This document shows, in pieces, positions 24,683 through 38,190 of a stretch of DNA of 64,000 nt. The notes below the pieces were generated by a model. The model made no database searches, was not told the DNA's origin, and saw only the letters and a program-made list of their open reading frames with translations. The DNA is from Chiloscyllium plagiosum. Lineage: Eukaryota. The stretch covers positions 75,151,859 through 75,215,858 of the forward strand of contig NC_057718.1 in NCBI RefSeq assembly GCF_004010195.1, in the 5' to 3' direction. Numbering within the stretch: position 1 is the stretch's first letter; every line of letters starts with the position of its first letter. A program made the position numbers and the translations under genes.

Positions 24683-25627
24683 TCTGAGAAATCTGAGAAA
24701 TCTGAGAACTCAGACCATATAATTCAAGATAGGAACACCTAACCAGAAAGGGATATGTATGGCTATATGTTCTCATCTCATTGAGGAGGCAGTGCTGTCA
24801 ATCGCATGACGATGAGAAACAGCCAAGACAATTGAGGATGGTTGTGACCTAATCCACCATCCTCCATCTCGCTTCCCTGCATCCCACACTCCTGTGATTT
24901 AAGAAATGCATATGGTACAAGGAGGCAGCTCTTGTTCCCAGTGTCCTTACCCACACAATTTCCCTCAATTGGCTCTCACATAATTTGGCCTTACCCTCCT
25001 GCTTTTCCTCTTCCAGAAAACCAGGCACCTGACAGGCAATGGTTCAGAACAGCAAAGCCCAAGAGGAGCAAGGGAACTGATTTGGTAAAACACTGCCATT
25101 TGTTCCCATACTTGCAGCCATCACTCCAGATACTTGGACATGTTTGAGACAGTATAAACATAGAGTATGCACATGCTGAGCCACTTGATATCAGCAGCCT
25201 GCAGTCAGGGCAGATGCCCGTTCCCTGAGGTTACACCCGTTTTCTATTGTAGCAGACTCAGATGATGAACGGGATAGTGTGGCCTTGAGAGAAAGACTGA
25301 AAGATATATACTAACATATGCTTGGTGCATTGGCAGGCCTGCATAAAGATCTTCTTCTCAATGTTAAGGAGCATGGAGTCTGTCACCAATTTGGCATAGG
25401 CCTCTATGCAGTGCTTGATATTCATCCAGATCCAGTATGATGCTACATCTAGTAAGTGGTGCCTCAGGTTTCATTTCAGCATGGACAGAAAGGTCCCACT
25501 ATCTCAGTACTACATTAAAAACTTAAATTTGGGTCATGCAATCCAAGCTTGGGGATGTCATGTCCGCCAGTGTCATATTCAAAGGAGCTGGCAGACTTTC
25601 ATGACAATGCAGCAACCTGTTAGGAGG

Positions 25628-26917
25628 GAAAATAACTCCATAGAGGTCGGTATCCCATAACCAAGTCATCATTTATTTACACAAGGAGGGTCATTGACAC
25701 TGATCCAGCTTCCTCAGAGTCAGCTCTCAGAGTGAGCAGAATCTCTGATACTCCTGTTTATATCTCCCTGATTGAAGCAAATTAAGAACCCCTATCAGAG
25801 AATTCAGATTCTATGAGATCCACTTTGCTGACCTTGTTATAATCATTGTTTCCCTTTCCCTCTGATTCTGAGGACATCGGCCTCCTCCTGCAGTGTTTTC
25901 GAACTGGGTCAGGTTCCTCCAAATCTGCTTGTGATGTGGGTACCATGTAATGCACAGTAACTCACCTGTTGTGCCCCGAGGGTCTCGGAAGAAAATCATT
26001 GTCCTCTTAAGATGGCAAAGGCATCAAGGCGATGATGTCTGCCATGTCCATCTCAGTTTCCAAGATATCTTCAGTGGTTGATGGAATAGGAGAACCCACA
26101 GGTTCTAGAACAGTTGGAAAGGCAGTTGAGGAGCTGGGCACATTTAGCTCACACATCATTTGCGAGTTTGTAACTTCCACACAGTCCACATGCTTGTTCA
26201 GGACCGTTGCTTCTACCCAAACTTTATATGCCACTGGACCTGACCTAGCATCAACCATGCCTCTTACCTATTCAGGACCATTCCGGTGGCTCCTACACCA
26301 AACTTTGTCCCCTGAAGTAAACTGTCTCTCTCATTTTGTGGAGTCTTGTGCCCAGCACTTGCATTCCTGAAGCTGTTTCCTGAACCTACCCCTTAGATCC
26401 AGGAAGATCGGATTTAACTTGGTGCAGAGTATTCTACCCATGAGAAATTCTGCTGGAGCTCTCAATAGTTGCATGAGGGGTGGTCCTATAAATCAAATAG
26501 AAACTAAGACAGTTTGGTTTCTAGTGAAGCTGTAGGCTGTTTCTTTAAGTCTGCCATCAAGGTTTGGATTGCTCTTTCTGCCAGACCATTGGATGACAGT
26601 ATGGAGCTGTCCTAATATGTCAAATACCATTTAACTTTAGGAAATACTCAAATTCTCTCAGTATCTTAAGGTTTAATCCAAAGTCACATGCCTCTGCTAG
26701 TCATCTTTATCTAAGGGCTGGTATCCCATCACAAAGTCCCTTTGTTCATTCAAGGAATGTTCTTGACTCTGATCCAGCTACCTCAGAACCAGCTCTCAGA
26801 GTGAACATGACCTCTGATACTCCCATTTATATCTGTCAGCCAGGGGAACTGTCAGACATAAGAAGGGTACTCATATTCTATGAGGTCTATCCGTCTGACC
26901 TCATTACAATCACTACA
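25628..26917 (-). mobile_element. Internally deleted Gypsy-type LTR element
   Basis: Two about 210-220 bp direct repeats (26705-26917, starting TGTAGTG on the minus strand; 25628-25850). PBS-like tagcagagg (tRNA-iMet complement) near 26691-26699, PPT agagggaaaggga at 25851-25863. Integrase remnants SSNGLAERAIQTL and GPVAYKV...KHVD. Confidence 0.8.
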
Positions 26918-27340
26918 CTAGGATTGCTAAGGTGTTGTCTCTTGGTAGTGGTAGCCCCTTCATAGAACACAAATCTACAGTGTTATCTGAGGATGACAGG
27001 GTCGTGCTCCCATTACTGGCACTCCACCAGTGGCTTTGCTATGGCCAACACAGACTGTGGTTATTTATGTTGAGATGATGCAGTCTGAAGCTGGGCCTTC
27101 CAGGCCCAGAACAGCATGATGTTGCCCCATATCACCATCTGCAATTTACCCATTTCAAGGTCAACATTCTTCCAAAATCAATGCTGCAGCCTTTAGGGTA
27201 ACACTGTGCAACAGCATTAGATCAGACAAAGGCACCTATGAAACAAACAAGGTGCTACATTGACATCTGTTTAGGATATTAGATGCTCTATTTGATAGTG
27301 GTGGTTTGTTTTGCGATAGATTTTTGTGGCCAGTATAGTA

Positions 27341-27460
27341 AAAACAATTATTGCAAATGCTGGAAACCAGATTCTAGATTAGAGTGGTGCTGGAAAAGCA
27401 GTTCAGACAGCATCCAAGGAGCAGGAAAATCGACGTTTCGGACAAAAACCCTTCATCAGT
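27341..27460 (-). mobile_element. Solo PLE pLTR (family B) with hammerhead motif
   Basis: Minus strand ctgatgaagggtttttgtccgaaacgtcgatt. Confidence 0.8.
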
Positions 27461-27539
27461 ATACGCTGTGTTGATGAGTTTCAGATGGAAGGGAAGGTAA
27501 AGTGTGGAGTTATAGAATGGGGATTTGAGATTGGATTTG

Positions 27540-27890
27540 CTGGCATTGGATGAGATAATCATGGATTATGCAGCTGAAAAAATTTCCTTTTGCTTTATCA
27601 CTTCATCTTCCTCTTTTACATCCTCTTCAGATGCTCCCCATGATCTTGATTGATGGCACTGTACTTCCACAATTGTGAGGTTGTGTAGCATACAACAAAT
27701 TGTGACAAATAGTGACATGCACCCCAGTGAAGACTAGCAGGCTACTCCGGGGTGCTCAACTCATTGAAGCTTTACTTGAAAACCTCAATGCTGTCCAGAG
27801 GGTCAGACGTTGATGATCAGGAGTGAACCTTTAGTTTGAACTGATGAAGACCAATACAGAACTGTGATTGTTGCCAAGATACTGGGCATT
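27540..27890 (-). mobile_element. PIF/Harbinger transposase remnant
   Basis: Minus frame SLFVTICCMLHNLTI followed by an acidic stretch, typical of the Harbinger DDE C-terminus. Confidence 0.55.
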
Positions 27891-27894
27891 CAAC

Positions 27895-28065
27895 TTTTTA
27901 AGAATCCCTACGTGTGGAAACAGGCCCTTCCGCCCAACGAGTTCACACTGACCCTCCAATGAGTAATCCACCCAGACCCATTCCCCTAGCCTATATTTAC
28001 CTCTGACTAATGCACCTAATACAATGCGCAATATAGCATGGCCAGTTCACCTGATCAGCACGTCT
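27895..28065 (-). mobile_element. HE1-type SINE 3' part
   Basis: Homologous to 1945-2085. Confidence 0.8.
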
Positions 28066-28066
28066 T

Positions 28067-28800
28067 TTGGGGTTGGTGATGATTCACCATGGAGGAGAAA
28101 GTGAGGTCTGCAGATGCTGGAGATCAGAGCTGAAAATGTGTTGCTGGAAAAGCGCAGCAGGTCAGGCAGCATCCAGGGAACAGGAGAATCGACGTTTCGG
28201 GCATAAGCCTGAAGAAGGGCTTATGCCCGAAATGTCGATTCTCCTGTTCCCAGGATGATTCACCATGGCAGATTTGCCGCCGATGATTAGCTACTGCCAG
28301 TTTGCCACCAGACTTTCTCCACTGGGGTCGTTTGACCTCTGGAGACTATTCGCCACCAGAAATATATATATGTACTGATTGTTTTCCCTCCCGTCTGTTC
28401 TTTCATACTTCTCAGTCCCCTTTATTTATACAACTACATACTACATATTGATAAACAAAAGAGGTAAAATAAATATCATTTTATTGGTTTATATATAAAA
28501 ATGCAGTTACAAACTTTAACCAGAAAAAGCAAATATATTTTAAAAATCTTTATAATGGCAGTAAAATCTCACATTAATATTAAACAATGAAATTTTAGTT
28601 CATTTGATAGTTATGCGCTATTCCTCTAAGATATTCCAAACAATCTCTTTCACCGTATTCAAGAACAATTTTTTGTATTCTATTGTCCAAATCTCCTATC
28701 ATTCCTTTCTCGTCAAATTATTTTCTTCCTGCTGCTTGTCATTGGTAAAGATGCTCGGACTGACTGAGGGACATCAGCTACACGTTCGTTAATAAGAAAA
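28067..28800 (-). mobile_element. Internally deleted MULE/MuDR DNA transposon
   Basis: Minus frames INERVADVPQSVRASLPMTSSRKKII*RERN joined to DLDNRIQKIVLEYGERDCLEYLRGIAHNYQMN*; terminal region with ttYgccRcc repeats. Confidence 0.65.
28093..28253. mobile_element. Palindromic pLTR mini-PLE (family B), 15-bp TSD
   Basis: TSD gatgattcaccatgg at 28078-28092 and 28254-28268; inversion point inside the hammerhead. Confidence 0.85.
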
Positions 28801-28914
28801 CTATAAGAACACAATAAGAATGTTCACATCGCCAAAACTTAATACTTGAATTATTCTTGGACAGTTTATCAAAAACATATAATTGTTTTTATCAAAAAAA
28901 CAATTTATAAACTA

Positions 28915-31272
28915 ATTGTGACCATGAAAGCACTGCCAGTTGTTGTAAAAACCTGGCTAGATAATGTCTTCTAGAGAAGGAAAGCCATCATCCTGTAGAC
29001 TGGCCTAACTGACCATTCTGTAGTTAACCCTTAGATGCTTTCTGAAAAAGCCAGCAAGCCATCATGTTGTTTATAACCACTAGAAAGCCTTATGAACAGA
29101 ACTGAATTGGATGGACTATCTGGGATCGATCAAGGTGTTGGAAGTGACAATGACGCGCACAGCCCTGCCAACCCTGCAAAGTTCTCCTTTCCAATAACTG
29201 ACGAATTGTGTCAAAATTGGGAAAGCAGTCCCACAAACTGTTTAAACAAGAACTTGAAATTTTCTGTATGGTACGATTCCTTGTGGATGACTGACCCAGA
29301 CACCAGTATCAACATCCTGAGGTGTGTCCTGTCCAATTTTTAGGTCAGACCCAAAAGAGGTAGTGGCACAATGACAGTCATGAGGGAGTTGGCCTACCAC
29401 TCCAACATCTATTCTAAATGCTATGATTTATCAGGGCAATATGGACAAAAGAGCTGAACTCAAGATAGGGAGATAGTTAGAGTTGTTGGAGGTTAATCAT
29501 CTGGCAAGGACCTCACCAAGTGTTCCTCAGCACAATATTCAAGGTTTGCATAAAGATTTGTAGCTCAGGTGCTAGTTTGCCGTGGTTGTGGGTATGTTCA
29601 CTGAGCTGGGAAGCTGATTTGCAGACATTTTGTCCCATCTGGGTGACAACTTCAGTGCTTTGGAACTTGTGAAGTACTGCTGCACTGTCTTCTGGAACTT
29701 ATTTGGTTCCATTCTTGCTGTTTCTTGTTGCTAGTTCTGGTTGTTCATCGTAGTGGCCAGTACATTGGGTCCAAATCAATGTGCTTGTTGATGGAGTTCG
29801 TGGTCGAGTGTCATGTTTCTAGGAATTCTCGGGCAGTCCTCTATCCTATGTCCTATGATCATTGTGTTGTCCAGTACAATTTGAGGTCCTTGTCATCTGT
29901 GTATGGCTACTAGGGACAGCCAGTCATGAAGTTTAGTGGCTAGTTCGTGTTCATGGATGCGGATTTCTAGTTGTCTGCCTGTTTGCCTAGTGCAGTGTTT
30001 TGTGCAGTCATTGCATGGAATCCTGTAAATTGCGTTCATCTTATACATGATAGGTATAGTGTCTTTTGTCCTGGTGGGTTGTTGTCGAAGTGTGCCTGTC
30101 GATTTATGGGCTGTCATGAATCCGAGTGGTCGAAAAGAAGTCTGGCTGTCAGTGCAGAGATATTTTTATATATAAAAGTAGAGTGGCTAGTGTGTTGAGT
30201 CATGACATGTCACATCATTTGTCTGCAAGACATCTGCATATGAATTTGTCGGGTTATCCATTCATGGTGAAGATTCTGTTTTTCTTCTCTTTGCAGGTTA
30301 GGAATGCTGCAGTGTGTTGTAGCCCTTTTTGAACAGGGTCCTAATGCAAGATCCATGACAGCCACGCTCAGACAACAGCTCACCAGAACAAAAGACCCTC
30401 TATCCATCGTGTGCAAGGCTAATGTAATCTAGCACTAATGCGTCAACACCACTGAATTCACCATATCATGAGGTTTACTTTTGACCAGAATTGGAATTGC
30501 GTCACCCATTAAACAATGAAGTTACAAGAAATGGTCAGAGGTTAGGAACTTTGGTGAGTAAATAGCCTCCTTAGTCCTCCAAGTTGTTCACTATTTACAG
30601 AGTGCGCTAGTCAAGAATATGATGGAACACTGTCTACTTACCAGGAGGAGTGCAACTCCAACAACATTCAAAGCTTTATAGCATCCAGAACAACTCAGGA
30701 GAAAGTGAGGACTGCAGATGCCTGAGATCAGAGTTGAAGAGTGTGGTGCTGGAAAAGCACAGCTGGTTGGGCAGTATCTGAGGAGCAGGAAGTCAACTCC
30801 CCTGCTCTTGGGATGCTGCCTGACTGGCTGTGCTTTTCCAGCACCACACTCTTTGACTCCAGAACAAATCAGTTTGTTTTACTGGCACTCCATTCAACAT
30901 CCTCGCATAACCACATCCCAAAGCTCAGAAGTAGTGTATAGCAACTACTACAAGATATACTTCAACTTCCTAAAACTCCTATTACAGCACTTTCCAAATC
31001 CACAACCTTTCCCAGATGCACAAGTATGGCAGATGCATGGGAATACCACAACTTATGCATCTCCTTTCAAGCCACAAACCATCCTGGCTTAAAACTGCAG
31101 TGCTATTTCCTTCTGCAGATAGGGACAATGCTTTAACCTCACAGCACAATGTATCAACACTACAAAAGCACTAATCATTCAAGACATCAACTCATCATCA
31201 TCCTCTCAAGGGCAGGTATGAATTAATGCTGGCCCATCCAGCAATACTCACATCCCATGAATGAACAATAAA
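28915..31272 (+). mobile_element. L2-group LINE fragments (5' part 28915-29460, 3' part 30520-31272)
   Basis: 5' part homologous to 10310-10530; ends aatgctggcccatccagcaatactcacatcccatgaatgaacaataaa. Interrupted by PLEs, including a mini-PLE at 30699-30858 with TSD ccagaacaaMtcag. Confidence 0.6.
29545..30430 (-). mobile_element. PLE family C 3' fragment (GIY-YIG + pLTR) with inverted 5' piece
   Basis: NAIYRIPCNDCTKHCTRQTGRQLEIRIHEH; pLTR homologous to 44590-44749. Confidence 0.8.
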
Positions 31273-31771
31273 GCCAAAATTTTCTAGCATTATAATTTTT
31301 CCTAATATGGTGCATCATTTACACGTGTCCTTTCAAATCATGTAGTTGTTTTAATGTTTCTTGCAATTTTACTCTTACATTATATTTTCTCAATCTTTTC
31401 TTGGTCTTTCTTTGCAGGCATCTTGATAGGGTCTTTCTTTACATTTAACGTAATTCTTGATTCATCTTGTTGACCATGGTTGGAACACATACCTTTGAGT
31501 TTTTGAGAGTTAAAGGAATATGTTTTTAAATGTATGTTATGCATTAGATTTTTTTAAAGTATCAGCTATTGATGGTCTGCCATACCTTTTATTGCAATTT
31601 CTCAATCTACCTTAGGCAACTTGCCTCTCATACAGTTATTGTTTTCTTTTTGTTTAATTTTATCATAATTTCTGACTGAATTACATTACTTCCAACCTTA
31701 GGTGTAAAATACTGTCAGATTGTGGTCACTAAAGGATCCTTCACAATAAGATTGGCCAATGTTGGATGCAA

Positions 31772-33345
31772 ATCGAATTGAATTGAAGTTATTGTCATGT
31801 GTACTGAGGCACAATGTAAAGCTTTGTCTTGTGAGCAATACAGGCAGATCACATAGGTAATAAATAGTAGGTAAACAACGGCAGAAATGAAAACACAGGT
31901 ACAGGCGAATGTTAAGAGTTTGTGAATCCATTCAGTATTCTAACAACTGTTACGAATCCGGCTGGTGCATGTGTTCAGGCTTCTGTACCTTCTCTCCGAT
32001 GGTGGACGTTGTAGAAAAACATTGCCAGGGTGGATTGGATCTTTAAGTTTGCCGATGGCCTTTCCTTGACAGCAGGCTTGGTAGATGGATTCTGTAGATG
32101 GTAGGTTGGCCTTTGTGATTGTTCGGGCCGAGTTCACCACTCCCTGTAACCGTCTCCGATCTTGAATGGTACAGTTGCTATATCAAGTAGCGATACATCC
32201 AGACAGAATGCTCTCAATGGCGCACCTATAAAAATTGGCAAGGACATTCACCGTCAAGCCAAATTTCCGCAGCTGCCTGAGGAAGAAGAGACGTTGTTGG
32301 GCCTTTGTAACCAGTGCGTCACATGAAGAGTCCAAGAAAGCTTGTTGTGGATGACCACTCTTGACACTCTCCACTCGTTCCACCTCTGTGCTGTTATTGT
32401 GTAGGGGGGCATGAGTAACATCCCGCCGAAAGTCAGTAATGGGTTCCTTGGTTTTGCTGGCATTGAGAGCTAAGTTGTTCTCAGTGCACCATTTTTCCAG
32501 GTCTTCCAACTCCCATCTGTAGTTTGTTTTATTGCCATCTGAGATTCGACTGACTATGGTGGTGTCATCAGCAAACTTGTAAATGGCATTTGTCCGGTAT
32601 CTGGTGACGCAGTCATGGGTATACAGTGAGTACAGTAGGGGGCTGAGTACGCACCCCCGGGGTGCTCTAGTGTTGAAGATGAAATACTGTCCTCAAACTT
32701 CACTGATTGTGGCATGTAGGTCAGGAAACTGAGGATCCAGTTGCAGAGAGTGGGGCTTAGTCTGAGATCACTAAGTTTAGTAATCCGTCTCGAGGGGATA
32801 GTAGTGTTGAAGACTGAACTGTATACAGTGAGTAGGATTCTTACGAAATGGTTCTTGGTGTCAAGATGTTCTCAGGATGAGTGAAAGGAAAGTGATACGG
32901 TACCTGACGTGGATCTGTTGGTCCGATAGGCAAATTGGAGTGGGCCAAGAGTAGTGGGGAGGCTGGAGTTGATTAATACCATGACCAGCCTTGCAAAGCA
33001 CTTCATGACCACTGAAGTTAGGGCCACTGGGCGGTAGTCATTGAGACATCCTGCATATGCCTTTTTAGGCACAGGGATGATGTTGGCCCTCTTGAAACAG
33101 ACAGGGACACTGGCCTGCTGCAGGGAGAGTTTGAAGATGTCAGAGAAGACCTCTGCCAGTTGATCTGCATACGCTCTGAATGCATGGCCTGGACTCTGTC
33201 TAGTCCCATCATTTTCCTTGGATTGACACAAAGGAAAACTGATCTGACCTCTGATGCAGTGACTATTGAGATAGAACCATCAGGACTTGTTGGAATAGGT
33301 GTTACTTCTCGCTGAACTTCTGCTCAAAGCAAGCATAGAGGCGTT
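31772..33345 (-). mobile_element. Rex1/Babar LINE RT fragment
   Basis: CLNDYRPVALTSVVMKCF, LQFAYR, KAQQRLFFLRQLRKF, FYRCAIESILSGCI; (ATTCA)n-like tail. Confidence 0.85.
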
Positions 33346-33349
33346 GAGA

Positions 33350-35030
33350 CAATTTGGGAGGGATATGTCATCGTCTGCTAAAATAGCTTATTCTTTAGTT
33401 GGTTCTTTAACATACCATTTTATAAAACCATCCTGCATACATTTTAATAATCTGTGTTCTACAACATTAGTACTCAGAAAGTTTACCCAGACTGTATGTT
33501 GTTGTACATGCTTTGGAGACTTTGACGAGTTTGTGTTAAAAGCATTTTATCCTAGCACTCTTGTCAGTGAGGTGGACAAAGGGACGTTGAACCACAAATC
33601 AAATGCTATTTGATTTTATTAACAAAACATTCCTAAAACACCATGTGACATTTCCCAAATTCCCTCAATATTTACTGTTTATCCAGCTGTATTCACCTGA
33701 GAAAGGATATTATCCACATGTTTGAGCTGGGGCATTGAAATCTCCTTCCACTCCGACATAGAGCTGGGTCTTTTCCACAAAGGTAGGTCCTGCAGACAAG
33801 TCTTAGCTGAGAAGATGGCATCCAATTGTGCATACTTATCTGTCTCACACTGGACATTCTAGAATGCTCTGTGATCTTTGACCAGTGGGGTTATGAGCTG
33901 GGTTCAAATCATCCAATGGGATCATGCTAACACCCTTTACCTTTGCCATGCTGGGAGCTATTAAGTTTAAATAACACAAGCCATCAAGATGCCAAAAAGT
34001 CTGATCAATACTTCTTCAATATACAACCCTCAGGCTGTGTGTAACTGATTCCCTTTGAACCTTTGTGACCTGTGGTCTTTGTTTCCACTGCTGTCTGTAG
34101 CTGATAGCTATGTTTATAATGACTGTGTTTATAACCTTTGAGGTCACACTTTTGAATTATCTTTTGAAGTGTCTACATACCACCTCAGATTAAGTTCTTT
34201 CATGGTCTTACCTGTATCATTGATACTTACATGGACCATGACACCAGGATCCCTGCCCTTCCATTTCAAGCTCCTCTCCAGCACTGAATAGATATCTTTA
34301 ACCCTAGCACTGGGCAGAGTTCAAGATATAGCACGTAGCCTTCTGGATTCACGCTACTGGTTCCAGAAAACATTATTTATCTCTCTTACTAGACTGTCCC
34401 CTGTAATCATGATATTTCTTTAACTGCCCATATGTGAATGGCTTCCTGTACCATGGTGCCAATTGTCATAGTGCTCATCAACACCTCAGTCCTCTGTCCC
34501 GCATCCATTCAAGCTACAATAAAATTATCCAATGGATTTGAGGGTTAAGGGCTGAGGCTCCTTCACTTCCAACATCTTGAGCTCCTTACATGCTTGACCC
34601 CCTTGGCCTTCAGTCGAGTGTGTAGTACTGGAAAAGCCCAGCAGGTCAGGCAGTATCCGAGGAGGACTTATGTCCGAAATGTCGATTCTCCTGCTCCTTG
34701 GATGTTGCTTGACCCACTGTGCTTTTCCAGCATCACACTCTCGACTCTGATCTGCAGTCCTCATTTCCTGCTCCCCCTTGTCCTTGAGCACTGACTAAAT
34801 CAGAAGACACTAACCTAAGGTGTGTAATTAACATCTGGAACAAAGAATCCAAATACATTTTGTCCTTCTTGATGCATCACAATGTCTGGAGCACAGCTTC
34901 CAACTCAAATTTCTCTGATCAGTATCTCCTCATGCTGCTGACACTTAATACTAATCCAATACCATGGCTTGTCGTGGCATCCAGAAGTGTCCACATGTTG
35001 CAGTCTGACACATTAACACAATAGGACAGG
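33350..35030 (-). mobile_element. Old CR1 ORF1/endonuclease remnants with a mini-PLE at 34612-34770
   Basis: Degraded esterase motifs (VMVHVSINDT), similar to 12470-13600. Confidence 0.5.
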
Positions 35031-35959
35031 TAATGAATTTGGTTATTTATTATTTTTCAATCAATTTACAGTTCCCCTGTTGATCTCATGCCTCTTACCC
35101 AATTCCTGGTTCACACTGCACTCAAGCAGCACTGAAAACCTTTCTATTTACATTTTTTGAAAAGCAATGAGTCAGCTATTATAAAGCAAAGAGCCTGGCT
35201 TAAGAAATCCACTTATAAATGAGTAACAGCTATCTTGGAGAACTTTTACTTGCCTGTTTAAGGCTGGAAGAAACTTAACTTATTTTAAAATGTATTTATC
35301 TCTTCTGAACAGTTATTTTTAATAAGTTTACAAACAAAAAAAAAGACTTTACAAAGAGATTCGCCTTTAAAATGGCCTTGCCCATCCAAACCCTATCTTC
35401 TCACTTAGCATTTATAGCTGATCCCTTGTTAGAAAGTGACCTGCTTGAACTGCTGTCATCTGTGTGACATCGGAACAGTTTTATATAACTGAATGGCTTC
35501 AGCAGAGGACAGTTAAAAGTCAGTCATGTGGGTGTGAGTCAGGAGATGTATAGAGCAGACCGAGTAGAACAACAATTTGCAAATTGCTTGTATTGTACTG
35601 TAAGTAAGCTTGGAAAAACATCAAGTCATTGCAATTATTCCCACACTGCCAGCAGTGTGGGAATAACACCAAATATCTTTTTTTTTAAATCAAAACTTGA
35701 AAAGATATTTGATAATCAATGTCCTTTTCAGGTCCCTGTATTGTGAATATCTATATATTAAAAAAATCAATTTTAATTAGATTGTGTTAATACCAAACAA
35801 AATGTCAAATACTCATGATAAATTTTGACATCGCTATTGACAGCAGTACTAATTTGACATGCATTTTCATGCAGAACACAAAGCTCACAAAATTTTTAAA
35901 GGATTTCTCTGCCAATACAAGCATTAGAAGATTGTAAATATCCCAGAGGCAGCATGCCA

Positions 35960-36610
35960 TCACAAGGCCTTTTTTTAGTGGGTAGGTGGTTTATTTAAGA
36001 GTATGACACAGCAATGGTCACTAAAAGAAATCTATGTGCACGACATGTAATGGGACTTTTACATTGGTATGCAGTTTGAAAAACAGCACCATTCTGAGGA
36101 GAGGTTCGAAAAATAGAGGCGTGAACCAGGAGAAGGGTTTGCAAATAGGGATGAGAATTTTAAAATCAAGTCAATATTTAACCAGGAGCCAAGCTAGATC
36201 AGTGATCATAGGTCAGTGGATCAAGTGGAACTAGTGCAAGGTAGAACACAGGATGCAGAGTTTTGAATGAACTTAAGTTATGAAAGGTGCAACTTGAGAG
36301 ATTAGCCAGAAGTGTTAGAACAATCAGGTTGAGAGGTAACAAAAGGCATGAAAGGGGGTTTCAGCAGCTGATGAACTGAGATAATTAAGGACTAAATTGG
36401 GGAATGTTACAGAGATAAAAATAGGCGAAGCAGATATGTGGAAGATGCACATCTTGGGTTGGTATATAGCTCCAAGGTAGCTCCAGTCTGATTTAGCCTT
36501 AGGCCACTGCTTGGTAGAGGGATAAAATTAATGGCTAGGGAGTGGGTTGATGGCAGGGACCAAAGACAATGCCTTCAATTTTTCAAAACATTGATTAGGA
36601 AATATTACCA
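35960..36610 (-). mobile_element. Old L2 RT C-terminal fragment
   Basis: Minus-strand remnant like HAFVTS..D.SN...IQNSA..VL. Confidence 0.55.
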
Positions 36611-37062
36611 AAACAGGATAGACCCCAGGCTTTATGCTTCAGTGCACTGCTGTATGTATTTGTTCCAATAGTCCCATTAACCCATATAACTGGCCTTGTT
36701 CCTCCTATCTATTTCTCCTATCTCCCTGTTTAGCCCAGTACACTAAAAAGACATGAGTAGTACTTCTCCATTAAAAGTCAAACTTGTTAAATTTAGAAAG
36801 AAACCCTCCTTTACAAATTCTTAACGTTCAAGACCTACACTATCCCAGATTCACTTGTTATTTTCAGAATGATGTTATAGATGTGGGCAAACATATGTAG
36901 CATTAATCCCAATCAACAAAATTACCGAGCTGAACACACAATACAGGCAAGGTTGATTTTACGTTAAGGATAAATGGATGCTAATGAATCAGCAGTCTGT
37001 GGTGTACCGCTCCTAATTGTAATTTCAATGAAGTTATTTATAGGTTGTTCATTCACTATTAC

Positions 37063-37222
37063 TTAGGTAAAAACAATGACTGCAGATGCTGGAAACCAGA
37101 TTCTGGATTAGTGGTGCTGGAAGAGCACAGCAGTTCAGACAGCATCCTAGGAACAGTAAAATCGACGTTTCGGGCAAAAGCCCTTCATCAGGAATAAAGG
37201 CAGAGAGCCTGAAGGGTGGAAG
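37063..37222 (-). mobile_element. PLE pLTR (family B)
   Basis: Full pLTR plus tail; hammerhead at 37160-37195. Confidence 0.8.
37160..37195 (-). ncRNA. Minimal type I hammerhead motif (family B)
   Basis: attc-CTGATGA-a-gggc-tttt-gccc-GAAA-cg-TC-gatt. Confidence 0.65.
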
Positions 37223-37224
37223 GA

Positions 37225-38190
37225 AGGATAATTTGATTGTGCAGGGTTGCTTCTGCGACTGGAAATCTGTTTCAGGTAGGGGGTACCTTGCTGTTTGTGA
37301 TGAACATCAATGGATTTAAACGATAGGTGGTTTGATCAAAAAACTATAGACAACATTAAAATTTGTCAGATGGCAAATAGTGAGGAGGATAACCATAAAC
37401 TGCAGAAGAATATCAATGGATTGGTCAGGAGGCAGAGTAGTGACAAATACACTTGGTGAAGGCCTAATGAGGCAAGAGATTGCACGGTGAATGGTTGGTC
37501 CCTAATAATATTGGAAATCAGATGGATCTTTGTGTGTATATCCACAGATCCCTGAAGGTTCCAGAGCAGGTACATAGGACAATACAAACGCAGGGGTATA
37601 CATACCAAGACAAGAAGGTTAGTTATGCTGGTTCGACTGTTACTGGAGTCGTGTGCACAGTTCTGGTTACCATAATATAGGAAGGATGTGATTGCAGTAG
37701 AGGGAGTGGAGAGGAGATTTACTAGGAATGATGCCTGAGCTGGAGGTCTGAGCTTTGAAGAAAGGTTGGATAGGTGGAGGTGTTTTATTTTGGAGAAGTG
37801 AAGGTTGAAAGAGAAACTGATAAAAACTGCATAAGATTATGAGGGACATAGACAAGGTGAATAGGAAAGCACTTTTTTCATTAATCAAGGTTCAATAACC
37901 AGGAAATGCAGATTTAAGGTAAGAAGTAGAAGGCTAAGAGAACAGCTGAGGAGAAATTGTTTTCACCCTGAGGAGATGGGAGCCTGAAATCACTGTCCAA
38001 AAGGATGGTTGAGTCAGAAATTTATATAACATTTGAGCAGAATCTAGATATTCATTTTGCATTACCATAGCCTTCAGGGCTAAGGGTCAAGAGCTGGAAA
38101 ATGGAATTGATGTGGTATGATCTTTGTTGACAAGTACAGACACAATAAGTGAAATGGCCTCCCTTTGTGCAGTAAACATCTATGAGTCTA
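37225..38190 (+). mobile_element. Old CR1 3' fragment
   Basis: Degraded RT C-terminus and CR1 3' tail. Confidence 0.65.

Noticed and set aside
23680..25620. ORFs at 23684-24272 and 24932-25660 as host genes
   Set aside because: No recognisable motifs or splice structure; probably decayed Harbinger-associated DNA, but not enough support to call.
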